A stretch of 64,000 bases of DNA, taken from assembly GCA_013239625.1 (NCBI GenBank), contig MU054925.1, positions 29,001,138 to 29,065,137 of the forward strand, written 5' to 3'. Positions 14,075-27,884 of this stretch are shown piece after piece. The notes under the pieces are model-generated. The model was not told where the DNA came from, made no database searches, and saw nothing but the letters and a program-made list of their open reading frames with translations. The position numbers were made by a program, and so were the translations under genes. How positions within the stretch are numbered: the first letter of the stretch is position 1; every line of letters begins with the position of its first letter. This DNA is from Lama guanicoe. Taxonomy: Eukaryota.

Positions 14075-14870
14075 TTTCCTTCTGGGAAATTAGGTGTCCC
14101 CCACTGGGAGGAGTCTCAGTGGCTGTCAATCAAGACCCCCCAACCCTTGCCTTCCTGGCCCAGGGGTGGGCATGTGATCAAGCCAGGCCAGCGGCACACT
14201 CTCTCCTTGGACCTGGGAATCAGCAATGCACAGGACTCAGCTCACATCTGCTTGTGAGACCTGACTGTTAAATTTTCAGGTATTTTTATGAGCTGGTTGT
14301 TAAAGGTAGCCATTATTAGAATTAAATAATACAAAGTTACAATTTATATAAATTCTATTTAAAAAGGCAACAAATACCCCATACTCATCCCTTACTAATT
14401 ATTTCACTGTATGTCACTATGCTCTGTTTTCTTGCTAGAACCCCTGAATCTGCATGGCGGAAATACCATGTAACGTGGTGCTACTGTGCATCCTATCCCA
14501 ACTCTGCAATTAATGCCATCGTATTGGTGACAGGGTAGGAGCATCTACACCACAGAAATCAGCACACGCTACAAACGAGGACTCCCTCCCAGCCCAGGGA
14601 GCTGCGTGTTAAGTGTTTGCCAGCACAGCACTGCCTGGAATCCTGAGAGGTATGAGGACCCAAAATACTGGGAGCGGATTTTCTCCACCACTCATTCCCC
14701 AAAGGGGCATCTGTCCTGTCAGTCCTGCCACTCACCCCTGCATGTCCCCATTTCCTTCTGGAAAACCAAGCTTTGTTTTCCAGCCTTTGCTCTGACCTGG
14801 GGAGACCACTCCCATTCTGTCCTCGGATTTGCATTACGCTGCGCTGATGGCTTCTGCTGCTTACAACCAG
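14075..14870 (+). mobile_element. ERVL LTR16-like solo LTR, interrupted by a MER63-like element
   Basis: ggcccaggggtgggcatgtgatcaagccaggcca at the 5' side and ttctgctgcttacaacca at the 3' side. Boundaries approximate. Confidence 0.45.
14221..14633 (+). mobile_element. MER63-like hAT-Blackjack DNA transposon
   Basis: tgttaaattttcagg..ggttgttaaa..gccattatta..ggaaatac..gtgctactg..ccagcacagcactg, flanked by an 8-bp TSD-like pair ctgggaat/cctggaat. Confidence 0.75.
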
Positions 14871-17800
14871 CGTGCCTGAGCCCAGCCATCTGAGAACGAC
14901 ATCCCACCAACGCGGAAAGAGAAACCGAGAGAAAAACCATCACCCCTAATCTCACCCATAACCCCAACATTGGCACTTTCTCAATGTTTCCTTTCAGCCT
15001 TTTTTCCTTGCCTCTGTTCTTATGGAGTTGTTGCCACATGTGTGCTAAACCCTGCTTTTTTCACATCCCATTATTTCACGAGCCTCAGCCACGTTCCTTC
15101 CTATTCTAACAACTTTCCACAATGTTCCATCAGGCACATGGAGAAGTTGAAGGGGGCTTAATTGCTCTCCTAATGTTAGGCATTTAGGAATTACTTAAAA
15201 AGAAATCATACAAGGGTGTGGTTAAACAAGCTGGGACTGTGGGTTGGGAGATTTGAGTTCTCATTTGGTTTTGTGCCAGATGGCTGTGTGAGCTTGGGCA
15301 AGATCTCTCCCTCTCTGGGCCTCAGCATTTTAAAACTATAATATGTAAATAATGATGATGATAGTGATAATACTAATAACAATAATGGCAGTTTCTGTTC
15401 CCTGCTGGCTTCCTGCACTGAGCTGTGTGTTCTTTCCCACATCAGCTCATTTATTTCTAACAACAGATCACGAATAAGTACCATTTGCCAGATGAGTAAA
15501 CAGGTTCTGAGAGGTGAAGTCATTTGCTTGGCACAACGCAGCTAGTAAGTAAGTGGTACAGCTGGGCTCACACCCAGGACGCCTGCTGCTTAACGCTTAG
15601 GCTGCCTCACTGCCTCCTAAAGCCCACTGTGTGATGGGCATTGCTTCTGCCTCTCAGCTCCCTGGTGTCTTGTCCAAAGCCATCCTGCAGAAAGAGCAGG
15701 GACTTCTCTGCTCAGAAACAGTCCCTGGGACCGTTTGCTGGTACCACGGAGATTTCTAGGGGGCCTCATTTAGGGTGGAGGCTGAGGCTGGCTCGTGGGT
15801 ATGAGGGAACCATCTGCCGAGGTGCTAATTTCCACTGACTATAAATAACTGCGGGTCTGAAACCACAGCAGGGCCTAGATTGCGCCAGGAGGAGTAAGAT
15901 AATCATTGTGGGGTGAGGCGGGCCTGTGTAAGTAACTCACCTGCCCTGCTGGGGCCTCTCGTGTGACAGACGGGCCTGGAGGGACAGCCTGCTTCATCTC
16001 TCTCGAGCTTTGAGGGACCCAGGCTGAGTGGACAACGGAGGTCTCTCCCATACTAGAAATGGTCCAGCCTGCAGTTACAGAGCAATATCTCTCAACCCTC
16101 AGCCCACTGGACAGATGAGGAAACGGAGACTCAGGGGGGCAAAGTAATCAGAGACTGGTGTCCAGGGCCCTGGGCTTCTGGGAGCCGGAGACCAATTGCC
16201 TGCGTATGTCCACGGGCCTTGGCAAGGCAGTGTGGGCGGGGCTCCAACATCACCTGGTTGGGGAGCGGGGTGGGGTTTGGAGCGAGGGGCCAAGGGCACT
16301 GCCCCTGCCAGGGCGACGGCAGAGCCTCAGCCACATCCCAAGGATCTGAAGTTGTCGTCTTTCAAGGGAAGGGGGATCTGGGAGCTGGCTCTGAGTTAGT
16401 CACACTTTGGCCAGCCTGATGTCTGCACTGCTGGGGGTCGCAGGGAGGTTCTGAGGCAGGGAGTCTCAAAATTCTAGAATGTCCGAGCCTGCAGGAGCCT
16501 CCGAGACTACTAGACTCGCCCTTTATTGGCCATGGTCAGTGTGGGGCGGCTGCAAGATGAACCTCTCCTGAGGCCCCACTGCGGGCCGGGCTCTCTGCGT
16601 GTGATTTCTCATTTAATCTGGAGAAGGGTATGGGCCCTGGGAGCTGGGTACTTACTGCCCACGCCATTTTACAGATGCAAAAACGAAGGCACCAAGAATT
16701 TACAGAACCTGAGTTTTAGACACTATAGTTTAGTACCTTTCTCTAGTGTTTGAGGTTTTCAAATTTTTAAAGAGACTCTCTGTTTTTTTAAAATTTCACC
16801 ACATTCTTCACCATGCAAAACAGATAAAAAAAAAAAAGGAGTTGCTCCGGTACACAGTGGGGCAGGAAAGTCAGTGCCCCACCTATTCAGCATCTCCCTG
16901 CCCCCTGGGGCACCTCTGTGGAGCCCCAGGGAACCCAATATGAGAACCACCTTCCCCAAACCACAGTGTCCCGGCCTTCATCAAGCTCTTTGGCTCCCCA
17001 GGCCCCTGGAGAGGAGCTGTGCCCAGGCCTCGCCCTCATGGAGCTCATGGCCCATTTCACACTCATGTGGACAGCACAGCATAAACAAATGCAAACACAA
17101 TCACTCAGGCTCACAGCCCGCACACACTGCCTGGCAAACCAGCTAAAACCCAGGCTACAAAAATCAATCCATAGTCCGTGGGCTGGAGTCCTCTGTCCTC
17201 TGAGATACATCCTAGGCTCCAGGCACAATGAATCCCTCACTTTTCCCCAGGCACATCCCAGCTCTCACCCCAGGGCCTTTGCTCAGGCTGCTTCCCTCAT
17301 TAAGAAGCTCTCTTCCCCACAGCTGTGTGCACAACTCCTCAGAGAAAGCGTCTCCCAACTCTGTCTCAAGTCCAGCCAGGACTGTCCTGTCCTTTGCCTG
17401 GAAGCACATTCCGTCCTACTGTAGAGTTTTTTTTTTTTTGTCAACAGGAGGCAGTAGATAGGAGGTTGTGTGAGCACGTTCAGGAGCCAGCCTGTCTGGG
17501 TACCAGCCCTTGTGGTGGTACCCTGAGCCTTGACTTCCTCATCAGAAATCTGGGGATACAGACAGCTCCTGGTTCTCAGGTGTTTGTGCAGATTAAACAA
17601 GGAAACGCCATGGAGCCTCCGCACAGAGGCTGGCCCTCTGTGAGCACTCGATACTTGTTAATGAGTCTCTGGGGTCACAGCTGGAGTTGGGATCCCAGCT
17701 GGAACTAGAGCCATAGCTGGAGCTAGGATCCCAGCTGGAAGCCCAGTCACAGCAGTGCCGGCTCTGTCCTCAGGGCAGAGGTACTTTACAACTCAGCTCT

Positions 17801-17943
17801 CCACCTCCCTTTCCTGGGAATCTTTAGGGAGCTCTGGAGCAGAAGGGGGTCAGGAAGGGGCTCCTCCAACCCTGGACCCAAGAGGGAATGTCCTAGAAGG
17901 CTGCCCCATCCTGGCTTCCCATCTGTCCCCTGTATAGCCACAT

Positions 17944-17945
<2 letters not shown>

Positions 17946-17977
<32 letters not shown>
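17946..17977. repeat. (CA)16 microsatellite
   Basis: Uninterrupted CA run. Confidence 0.95.
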
Positions 17978-17980
<3 letters not shown>

Positions 17981-19549
17981 CCCGCCTGAGGAGAGCACGG
18001 ACCCCAGAGAGCAATGTGGTCCACACATTCATACAGTAGGTGCACAACACACATTTGTTCAGCACATGAATGTGTGTCAGCTTATACCTCGGCTTGACAT
18101 GACAGAAGCAGGGGGAATCACCGAACACCTGTATCCACTGGTTCTGGGAGGTGGGTATTTTCATCATACCATTTACAGAAGAGGAAACTGTGGCTCAGAG
18201 GGAGGGAGGGAGGGAGTTGCCCAAGGGCCCCAATGGTGGAGCTGGAACTCCAAGTCAAGGCCCTTCCCATTTCTTCTCCTTTCTAAGCACACAGTAGGCA
18301 CTTAATGTTTAGAGTATATTCACTCTGCAAAGTGAAGGTGCCTTCAGAGGAAGAATCAGGGGCACCTTCCTCTCCAAGCCTTGGTTTCCTGCACACAGGG
18401 CTGCCGTGAGGACCCCGTGGAAGAACTCGTTGGCAGGGCCTGACCCTGATGAGTTTGCACATAGTAAATTACAGCCATTAGGTGGCTTTGGGATGCAGGC
18501 TTTTTGGATAGCGGGTATGCCTAGTGAGAGGCCCACCTGAGATGCTCCCGCCACCATGCATATCCTCCATGCCCCCTCTGGGTGAGTGACCATGAAGCAC
18601 CGGTCAGGTCAAGCAGCACCGCTCAAGGAACGTGTGGTCCCTCCGTCCCACTGGAGCCTACCCGGGAGCCCTCCGGGCCCTTTCTCTAACTGTCTGCCTA
18701 GCACAGCTCTGCTGCCCCGGCCTAGGAAGACGGCGAGCACGTTATCAGTCAACACGTGGGTTTATATTGATGATTCAGAAAGCTGTGCGGTGGTATTCTG
18801 GAAACCGTCCACACGTGACTCGTTGGCCTTTCACAGAAAGCTGCGCTTCTCAGGGATTTATCTTCCCTGGTGGTGCTGGGGGTTGGGGGAGGCCACAGAA
18901 GCACTGCAAATCAAACACGGGCGCATTTTTAAAAACCCCATAGACTCACATGTGTTGCTTAAGCCCCTTAGCTGCCCAGATAAACTGCCTCTCTCTTCTC
19001 CACTAATTTAAAACCCAACTTGTCCCTTAAAGCCACACAGAGTCCCCAGCTGACACTGAGACAGCACCTGCCATGTGCCAGGCCCTCAGCACTTGACACA
19101 TGTTACTCTGCCCTCTGAGGGGCACTGCTATCATCCCAAGTCACAGATGAGGAAACTAAGGCACAGAGGGGTTAGATGATGGGCCCAAGGTTCCACAGCT
19201 GGATAAGCATGGGGCCAGGATTTGACCATGACACAGAGTTGGCCCGCTCACCGCTGGGACACTAGTCGTAGACCTCCTTGACCTGGCTGGACGTGCCCAG
19301 CTTCTGCCTGTTTCCCTGGTGTAATTATTAGCAGTGTGGTGGTTTGGCTCCATCAGTATCACTCCGTATTTGATGCTCATGAATCCTGTCCTCACTACTT
19401 GGCTGCCTCTTGAATTCTAACCATTCTCCCCATCGTCAAGGGCACGGTGCGTGCCTGCCCTTCCCCCACACCTCCGCCACACACAGTAAGGGCCTCCATG
19501 CCGCAGACCCACAAGCAGGTGTGGTTTGTACCTCCATTCCCCTTCTTTC

Positions 19550-19920
19550 CCCCAATCCCCATGTGACCTGGGAGACTGACCTACACCCCTCGGTGTCTGA
19601 CTTCAGTCTATTACATCCTCCAGCCACAGGGGTTGGTTCAATCCCAGGTGACCCAGTGAGATTCGGTTCTGATACTTAAGGGGGGAGACCCTGAGAAAGA
19701 GGTGCCTTTGCCTGCCTGCGAGGGAAGCCGACACAGAGGACAGCGGAGGCAGGACAGCAGGAGAGGGACAGACAAAGCCTCCCCAGTATGGGAGGTCCTG
19801 GATCCAGCCATGCCTGAGGCATGAACAATCCCTGGACTTTTCAGCTGCACAAGCCAGAAAATCCCTTTCTTTCACATAAGCCAGTTTGAGATGGTCTTAT
19901 ATCAGATAAAACCCAGTATA
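19550..19920 (+). mobile_element. MaLR LTR (MLT1J/K/L-like)
   Basis: cctggatccagccatgcctgaggc..cctggacttttcag..taagccagtttgag. Confidence 0.6.
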
Positions 19921-21284
19921 GAAATACTCAGTAAATACTGGGAGATGATGATTCTTTGGTAGAAAACCTTCAAAGCACTTTCAACTCACTACCTCAAATG
20001 GCAGAGAGTGAAATAGCACAATTTCCATCTTACAGGTGAGAAAACTGAGGTCGTGAGAGTCTGAGTATCTTGCCTGGGGTCATGGACCTACTCACCGACA
20101 GAGGTGAGGCCAGAGCACCTCCCCAGGCTTCATGCCTGCCCCTCCTCCACCCCTGCACAGTATTAGAGAAGGTGGCTAGGATTCCTCAGCCTCTTGAATC
20201 CTTTGATGAGCTTTGTTCCTCCAGGCCTCGCCCCTGACAGTCCTGGGCCCTAAAATGGAGCCTATGCTTCACACGAAGACCCAGGGGGAGGCATTCCTGC
20301 TCATCTCTGGTCAGGTGTTGAATTCCCCATGTGGACCCTGTGTCCGAGTGGCCCCAGCTCCACCCCACCTGGGACACTGCGCTGCATGTGTGGCTGCCTC
20401 AGTTTCCCTGTCGACTCCTTAGGGCCCTGGAGATCCTAGGGGAGACGGAGCACATGGAGGAACAGAGTCACAGTGACAAATAGGAGACCCCCCCACTGCC
20501 TTCAGGCCCTTCCCCGTGCCCAGACGGCGGTGGCTCTGTGCGTGGCAGGGGCCCTGCTGGTCCGTGGGGTGTCTTGTTTATTGCCGTGTTCCTGCCACAC
20601 GGGGCAGCATCCCCCACGATCTGCTCCCCTGTCCGCCAGCAGCCGGTCTGCTCCGCCTGTCCACTGGGCAGGCTGTAGGAGTCATACAAAATTAACTGGA
20701 GGTTACGTTTCACAACACGCCGATGTATCCAGTTCCCACCCCACCCTGCTGCTGCCCTGTCTTCTTTGTCCCCTTTGTCCCCCACCATGAAATATGCAGT
20801 GCAGGGAGCACCCCACAGGACCTCTCGGGACTCGCTCCTGACAGCTGGCGGTGCGGGGTCAGGACGGGAAGGACAGGAGCCACAAGGGACGAGCCGCTCA
20901 GGACAGTGCAGCTCCAGGCTCCTGGAACAGAAGCCCAGTGTTCCGTGTGTGACACAGGGTGTCCTGCGTCCTGTCCCAAGGCTGCCGCTTTCCATCCCAC
21001 ACGAAGAGGGGTACAGAGCCGCCTCTGCCTCTTCTCCCTCCTTCCCTTCGTCTGCCAGTATTTTTGAGCCCCTAGGCACTATGGCAGGTTTTGGGGACAC
21101 AGTGGAGAATGACAAACAGCTCCTGCTTCAGGGCTCACAGGCCACCCCCACTTCCACGACCCATTTTTCCAGATTCAATGCAAAGCCACCCTCCCTGCAA
21201 AGCCTCCTTGGATAGCACATTGACTCTTATTGGGCACTGTCTTATTTCATTGCCTAATTCTTGCACAAGGATGGGACCAGAGTG

Positions 21285-21375
21285 TTTTTTTTTTTTAAAT
21301 GGAGGTACTGGGGATTGAACCCAGGGCCTCGTGCATGCTAAGCATGCGCTCCACCACTGAGCCATTACACTCCCC
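21285..21375 (-). mobile_element. tRNA-Ala(AGC)-derived SINE (camelid Vic-1 type) with A-tail
   Basis: Minus strand reads GGGGAGTGTAATGGCTCAGTGGTGGAGCGCATGCTTAGCATGCACGAGGCCCTGGGTTCAATCCCCAGTACCTCC, then ATTT and A12. A box, B box and AGC anticodon loop are recognisable. Confidence 0.85.
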
Positions 21376-22699
21376 ACCAAGCATTTTTTTTTTAAAAACA
21401 GATATTTGAGTATACTAATAATAACAAGATGATGAACATCATTTTGTAAGTGTCTAGGGGCTGCCACACGCCACACGGAGCCCTTCATTTGGATGGTCTG
21501 ATTTAATCCCCACAACTTAGTGTGATGTAGGTAGTGTTGTTAACCCCATTTCACAGATAGGACAACTGAGGTTCAGAGAGGATTCACTGAACCCCAGCCC
21601 TCCAGTGTTCCTTGAACAGTAGGATTCAAATCCAGTCAGGATTCAAACCTGCATCTCAGGGACTCCACTGCTCCAGGCTGGATGGGTGTGGAAGGCAGAG
21701 GGCAGTGGGGGGCCCGAAGGGAAGGGCATTACCAGGATGGAACAGAACTGGCAGTGGGAGAGGAAGGACTGGTGTTCAGGATGGGGCAGAGGCTACCTGA
21801 CTGGGTGGGACGTCCAACACTGCCAGGCCGTGGGAGCTGAGCTCATGGCCTGTGTGGGCAGCCTGTGCCCTGGGTGGGAGCTCCCTTCTATGGCTTCAAA
21901 CCCCCTCTATCATTTGGGGAGTTCCTTTTGCCTAAAACTAGCTGGATGTGAACAGGAAGGCTAATTTATGTGGGGCCTGGGGCAGCTTTCTGGGGCTGAC
22001 TCAGGCTGCTCCCTGGTCCCGTCAGCAGGTGAAGACTGGGGGTGTCGGGAAGGGCCAACCTGAGCCCCTGTCTAGAGTGGGCACAGCCCCAGACCACGTG
22101 GCTTTCAAGCTGGGGGCTGGGGCTGGAGGCCAGACATTTCTCTAAGTCAGAAGAGGGCCAAACAGGGTGGGACAAATGTTGAGCAGGAGAGAGAAACAGG
22201 TAAGTTCCCTGGTGGCCCCACCTTCCTCAGGCTCTCTGCAGACAGAGGGCATCTTCACAGAACTGTTTCAGGGCACGCAAGTGGCTCGGGGCTGAGGGCA
22301 CACCTGGGCGTGGTGTTGGACGGAGCTGTATTCAGAGTCTCTGATGTGAGCTGTGGTGGTGACATTGAGCCCTCATGCTTCCTATCTGTGAAATGGGTAC
22401 CAACACCTGCTTCCAGGGACACGGGTGATTAAAATGCCTAGTAAAACGTGTGGCACCACCATGACGCCGATCAGTGTCCTGGAAGAGTCTGATTCCACCC
22501 ATTCTGGAAAATGTGATTGCTGCTTCCAGAGTAGCAATAATCACACGGGAAACAAGCGCGGACACTGCTTGACGACCACATGCTGGGCACTTGGCCTGAT
22601 CCACTCAGTGTTCAAAACCCATTTTACTGATGGGGAAATGGAGGTGTGTAGCTCTGGGGCTGAATCCTAACACACAGGGCTATCCACGTGCCCTGTAGG

Positions 22700-22890
22700 C
22701 ACTGCACTAAGCTACTTCACTTTATCCTTGCCACAACCCTATGAGGAAGCACTACTATCATCCTGTTTTACAGGCGAGGAAACTAAGGTGCAGAGAGGCT
22801 GGGTAACTTGCCCAGAATCCCACAGCTGTTAAATGGCAGAGCTGGAATTTGACGCCAAGTCGTCCAAGTCTGGGGTCTGCAGCATTAAGC
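22700..22890 (-). mobile_element. MIR SINE
   Basis: acaaccctatgagg..ttttacaggcgaggaaactaagg..gtaacttgccc..tggcagagctggaatttga. Confidence 0.75.
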
Positions 22891-23677
22891 TCCTCTGACC
22901 TTCCCCAAACCTTGTCCAGCTCCACCTGCACCTGGGAGATCCATGCGGGGGTCAGGGCAGCAGGGGCTCTACTGAATCCTGCCATGGGCTTTCCTCCTTC
23001 TCAGGGATCTTTCCCAGCAGAGACCTCATTTGATGAAATATTAGGAAGCCAAGGCCCAGAGAAATCAGACAAAAGCCTCAAAGGCACACAGCTGAGAGGC
23101 AGCAGAGCAACAGTCAGAGCTGTTACTATCTTTTGCATTTTATAGACGAGAAGTCTCCCTTCTTTTTCAATTAATGCCTAAATTCTTGCAGCACACCAGT
23201 CATCTAGGAATTCCTTCTAAGAAATGCTGTTCTGTGCCACGTCACGTGCTTTGCCTTCTCTTTCCTCCACAGCCAAGTTCAAACACCTCCTCCTCCTCCA
23301 GAAAGCCTTCCCTGACTTTCCCTGCCCACCTGTCTCCCTTCTCCGGATCCCTGGGGCCCTTGCTGCACTCAATCTGGATTATCCGCTGTTTTGGCTGCTT
23401 AGCCATCTGAGAGCTGCTCCCTATGGGCTGGGGACTCAGTGACCACAGCTCCGGGTTTCACAGGGCAGTTATCCAGGCTCTGTGCCAGGCCCCAGGCAGG
23501 GTGCTGGATGCTCACAGAGGAGCAGCATGGGATTCCTGCCCTCAGGCACACACACACGCTGTCCCCAGCAGTACAGATGGGGGATACAATGAACCAACTG
23601 GTAGTGGCAGCGCCGGAACTTGGCTGAGAGCTGCTCAATTTCCCAGGTCCGAGAACTTGAGAGGCTGGAGGAGAGGG

Positions 23678-23867
23678 CAGATTTCTTAACCTGGGGTCCA
23701 GGGTCTGGCTTCAAGGGGCTCTGTGAATCTGCTTATAGTGTGGGTATGCTGTGGGCCACACTGTTGCATGTTGTTGGCTGTTTTTCTGGGGAGCGGAGCT
23801 ATAGCTTCCATCAGCGGAGCCATAGCCTCCACAGAGTCTGAGGCCCAAAGACACTTAAGAATTCCTG
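23678..23867. mobile_element. hAT-Charlie MITE (MER103/MER113-like) with an internal 18-bp duplication
   Basis: cagatttcttaacctggggtcca...tttttctggggag..atagcttccatcag..ttaagaattcctg. The duplicated unit is gcggagc(t/c)atagc(t/c)tcca. Confidence 0.5.
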
Positions 23868-25065
23868 ACTCAAGAGAATCTCCTGGTCCCATTCAAAATT
23901 CAAAGACCACTGGGACAACTCTGCCTCCCAGCAGGCCAGGTGTACCAACCTAATGGTGGAGGTGAGTGTGGGCCGTTCTGCCACATGAGGCTGGGGCCCA
24001 GGAGCGCCCAGGCCAAGCCCACTCCCATCTAAGGATCACACATGGCTCTTCTCAAGCCCCGAACTAGAATCACACAGGGAAGAAAGGATGCTTCCTCTCT
24101 CTCCACCCTTCCCCAACCAAACAAAACCAACACTACCAAGAAAGAAAAAGGTGTTTCTAAACTTTGGCCCAGACTCAGCATGTGGGCAAAACATCAGAGA
24201 CAGTGGCCAATCTGGGAAGAAGGACCAGTCTTAGCTTCTCCTCCTGACCCAGGAGAGGAGGGCCCCACACTGGGTGGGGCACCGGGTGTAGTGGGCAACC
24301 ACACAGCAACCACTAGATGGACCGCCTGGCCCCCTGAGCAGCTCCACAAGCAGCCACCGCAGGAAATGTGTTCAGGGATAGTGCCCAGCGGGGTCCCGGG
24401 CACGGGGACTGGAGTTAGGAGGTGGTGTGGGAGGGCTCCCTGCCCTCAGATTTCTTATCTGTCAGTGGGGATAAGACTTCAGATGCTGCCTGCCTTCCAG
24501 GTTGTGGTCTATACCTGGGGGAGGAACTGTCACCCATTCCCTTTAGAATAATAATGGCTGCCACATATTGAGCACCTACAGTATGCTCAGGCTTCTACTA
24601 GGCACTATGAGGTAGGCATTGACCCCATTTTCCAGAGGAAGAAATTGAGGCCCAGTGCAGCCTCTTTGCACAAAGTTGCAGGACTGGGAGTGACTCATAC
24701 CCATGCCTTTGGGGTTTATGCAAGGAACTCTTCTCCTTCACGGTGAGGGGAAGGTAACCATGGGGATGTGGACCTGAAACCTGGTGCCCAAGCTGGGCTG
24801 GTTTCTTTCTTTTCTACCTTGGAGCAGATGACCTGGCTTTGGTCCCCTCCAGAGGAGCCCCCAGGAACCTGAAACGTCCCCTCCCTGGGGATTCCAGGCC
24901 TGCAGGTGTAAGGAAGCCCCACACCCATCTCCAGCATGAGACACACATGGGCATCTGTCGCCTCTCCCGTGACGGCCCACCTGCCCACCTGCTCTGTCTT
25001 CCTAGCAGCTCTACAGCCACCCCAGAGACCCAGCAACCCCAATCAGAGCCTGGATTTGAGAGTCA

Positions 25066-25728
<663 letters not shown>

Positions 25729-26531
25729 CTGTGGGGGCAAGCACAGAGTGGTGACGAGGGTCAGGAGCTGGAGGCCTCATGGGACAGGGACGCAGGAAGG
25801 CCCAGCCTGCAGGTGCTACACAAACACACACCACCCCAAGCAACACCCACTACACGCACACACACAATACCTCCTCATCCACTGGCACACAGTGTAAACC
25901 CAAATGTCCTGACACCCACGGGACACACCTCCAGGCACAGCCTGCTGCACCCTCATGACACACGCTAACCACCTAATCATCCACTGCGTTATGGAACACA
26001 CTGACTTCTCGACACGAACCCTGGTGTCCACACACAGCTCAGGGTGCAATACCTAACCTACTTTTAAGGCCTACACCACTGCCACACATTCACCAACTCG
26101 TGGGTCCCTTCACACACACCCTGGTGGACACCCCGTCCCCACCACGCACACTGTCACACGTAGTTCACATTTAAAGGCATCATCTTAACATGCCCACCTC
26201 ACCCCCTCAAAAACACCCATGCTCACAGCCCTGTTTACACACATGCCATGAGCACACAATCTGGGGCACACCCCCCTTCCCCCAAGTACGTAACTCCCAG
26301 GTTCTGGGCAGAGATGCTTTCCCCGTCCACGTTTCCTACATCTGCCGATGCCCACTGTTCTCCCCACTTGGGTCTCATAAATACAGGGATGGAGAAAGCA
26401 GTCCACCTCTGCCCGCAGCTTGCAACCACATTAATCAAGGCCCTCGGCCTGGCCAGAGGATCCAGCTCAGCATATTCATCAGGACGTTACCGGCCCTTAG
26501 CATGCTGGGGGTCACAGAGCCCTCACCTGGG

Positions 26532-26552
26532 TCCAGCACCACGGACAGCGGC
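26532..26552 (+). promoter_or_regulatory. RE1/NRSE (REST/NRSF binding site)
   Basis: TCCAGCACCACGGACAGCGGC is a 19/21 match to the RE1 consensus TTCAGCACCACGGACAGCGCC, with both cores and the 2-bp spacer intact. Confidence 0.85.
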
Positions 26553-27072
26553 TGCCACGTTCCTCGGGAGCCTGGGAGGAGGAGGGAGCACCGGTTTCTC
26601 CCTGCCCGCCCGGCCACCCTTGCAGGAGTGTGGCATCTGTGGGGCTGCCAGGAGAAAACCCAATCCACCCAGATATCCAACACCGGTGGCCAAGTCCCGG
26701 CAAGCGTTGGGTGACAAAGAGCCTCTGCTGAGCTCGGCTGGGTCTGGCACGGGGACCGGCCCCGCCCAGCAGCCGCGGACAGCTGGCCATCCTAGGTCCA
26801 GGACAGCGAGGGGGAATGGCGTGGGGGGGGCAGGAAGATGGGACTGAGCCCCCGCCCCAGCCTCACCTCCTCCTTTGTTCCCTTTCCCCTTCCCCAACTC
26901 TCTCCTACACAATCTTTTCCTCTTGCACAGAATTTTAGAGCTGGAGATAATTTAGGATTAATCTCGTTTTCCAAGTGAGGAACATGAAGCTCAGAGAGGG
27001 AAAGGAACTTGCCCAGAGCAAGAGTGGAGATGGGCTGGTCTCCTGACTCCCAGCCTATCGCTCTTTCCCCTC

Positions 27073-27086
27073 CCACTAGGGGGCGC
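27073..27086 (+). promoter_or_regulatory. CTCF core motif
   Basis: CCACTAGGGGGCGC is a full match to the CCASYAGRKGGCRS core. Confidence 0.65.
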
Positions 27087-27884
27087 TCCCTCCTTTGTCT
27101 TCGAAGAGCAGAGGCTGGTGGGAGGACTGTGCCTGAGGGCAGTGAACAACACAGGGCCTGGAACCAGCGTGATCTGGGTTCAAATCTGAGCGATCCCAAA
27201 TCCTGGCTGTGGGACCCTGGGCAAGTCCCTTCACATTTCCGAAGCTCAGTTTCCTCGTCTGTAAAATAATAGTCATTCTCCCCTGTCCTCCTACGACCTC
27301 CCAATTTACTGGGAACTAATTATGAACCATATTAAAATCCAGTGTGTTTCCACCTGGGGTACGGGGCTTCCCAGCTTGGGTCGGGGGTGCTGGAGCCACA
27401 GGAGAAGCCCGTCATGCCTCACAAGAGGGCACTTTCACTCAAGGACGCAGCAGGAAGCCTTATTTTCACACTGGGAGCAACCGGTATTTTACAGAGTAGA
27501 ATTTAAAATGGACCTGATGCCTCAAGCAGAGACACGAGCAAGAGACACGAGACACCAAGGAACGTGTGGGATGGTCCTTGCTCATCGAGCCAGAACCCAT
27601 GAACTTTGACCCCAACGGTATATCTGAGAGAGGAGCAGGTGCGGCAGGACCAGGCAGGACTGTGTGCAGAGATGCCGCGGAGGTTAGCTGGAGGGGCTTC
27701 AGAAGACACAGTCTCTGGGTTCAAGTTCTGCCACCTCTCAGCAGAATAGGAGGCAAATTAACTTTGGTTTCATTATCTTCAAAAAAGGGAGGGGGAGTAA
27801 CGCTATCTGCCTTGCAGGTATCATGAGGCTTAGATGAATTATTTTGTGTCAAATACTTGGGACCGAGCCAAGCACCTGGTGAGC

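Noticed and set aside
17680-17740. Repeat-spacer-like duplication gctggag(t/c)t(g/a)ggatcccagctggaa
   Set aside because: Only two copies of a local tandem duplication in mammalian DNA; not a CRISPR-like array.
21301-21375. Possible tRNA-Ala(AGC) gene
   Set aside because: Extra bases in the acceptor/D region, imperfect stems and an A-tail indicate a SINE.
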